Source of the DNA: Takakia lepidozioides
Taxonomy: Eukaryota; Plantae; Bryophyta
Assembly (NCBI GenBank): GCA_030704615.1
Contig: CM060731.1
Coordinates: forward strand, 36,456,001 to 36,520,000
DNA length: 64,000 nucleotides
Direction of reading: 5' to 3'
Shown here: piece by piece, positions 63,763 to 64,000 of the stretch
How the letters are laid out: the number at the start of each line of letters is the position of its first letter
Position numbering within the stretch: position 1 is the stretch's first letter
Program-made: the position numbers and the translations under genes
Notes under the pieces: model-generated
The model's input: only the letters and a program-made list of their open reading frames with translations
Database searches by the model: none
Told to the model about the DNA's origin: nothing

Positions 63763-64000
63763 CAATGTTGGGCGGTTCTCTATATTCGTGATTCCGGATA
63801 TATACCCACTGCACCGGAGGTTCTAAAAAACTTTAATAACCTGCAGTGCAAGGAACCGGCGGGGCCCACGTGCCCGCATAACCGCATGGCTTTGGAACCG
63901 GCGAGGCATAAAACATCTTTTTTATTTAACCTGACCTGTGTGGGGTAACATGAGACCCCCGGTTACAGTTAATGATACTTGCTGGTAACCAACGGTTACT
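63763..64000. mobile_element. probable MITE left end in a UPL1 intron (truncated by the window)
   Basis: CAATGTTGGGCGGTT start followed by repeated AACCG/CGGTT subterminal motifs. Confidence 0.4.

Overview
Eukaryotic nuclear DNA from a land plant, probably a seed-free lineage. This is inferred from spliceosomal introns, plant-type proteins and an XRCC1 architecture unlike angiosperms. Spliced genes rebuilt by hand: TIM10 (-, barely visible in the ORF track, with a 2.8-kb LINE in intron 3), phosphoribosylanthranilate isomerase (-), a COX VIIa-like subunit (+), GCD1/mS45 (-), a plant multi-pass membrane protein with the DPLNxFxxY..N..HYWS motif (-), XRCC1 (+), glycine-cleavage H protein (+) and the 5' part of a UPL1/2 HECT E3 ligase (+, runs off the window). 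There is one tRNA-Ala(CGC). About 6.6-19.8 kb is transposon debris: a SINE, a hAT MITE, CACTA-like relics and orphan degenerate genes. Highlights: (1) XRCC1 keeps the animal-type N-terminal Pol-beta-binding domain that angiosperm XRCC1 lacks. (2) A tail-less LINE family inserts at TC microsatellites with 14-15 bp TSDs; the longest copy has an internal RT inversion. (3) A second (ATTTC)n-tailed LINE family has a covarying 3' hairpin, and its 3' ends pile up in one gene's introns. (4) An orphan HARE-HTH-like gene sits in the TE block. All homology calls come from recalled motifs, not database searches.
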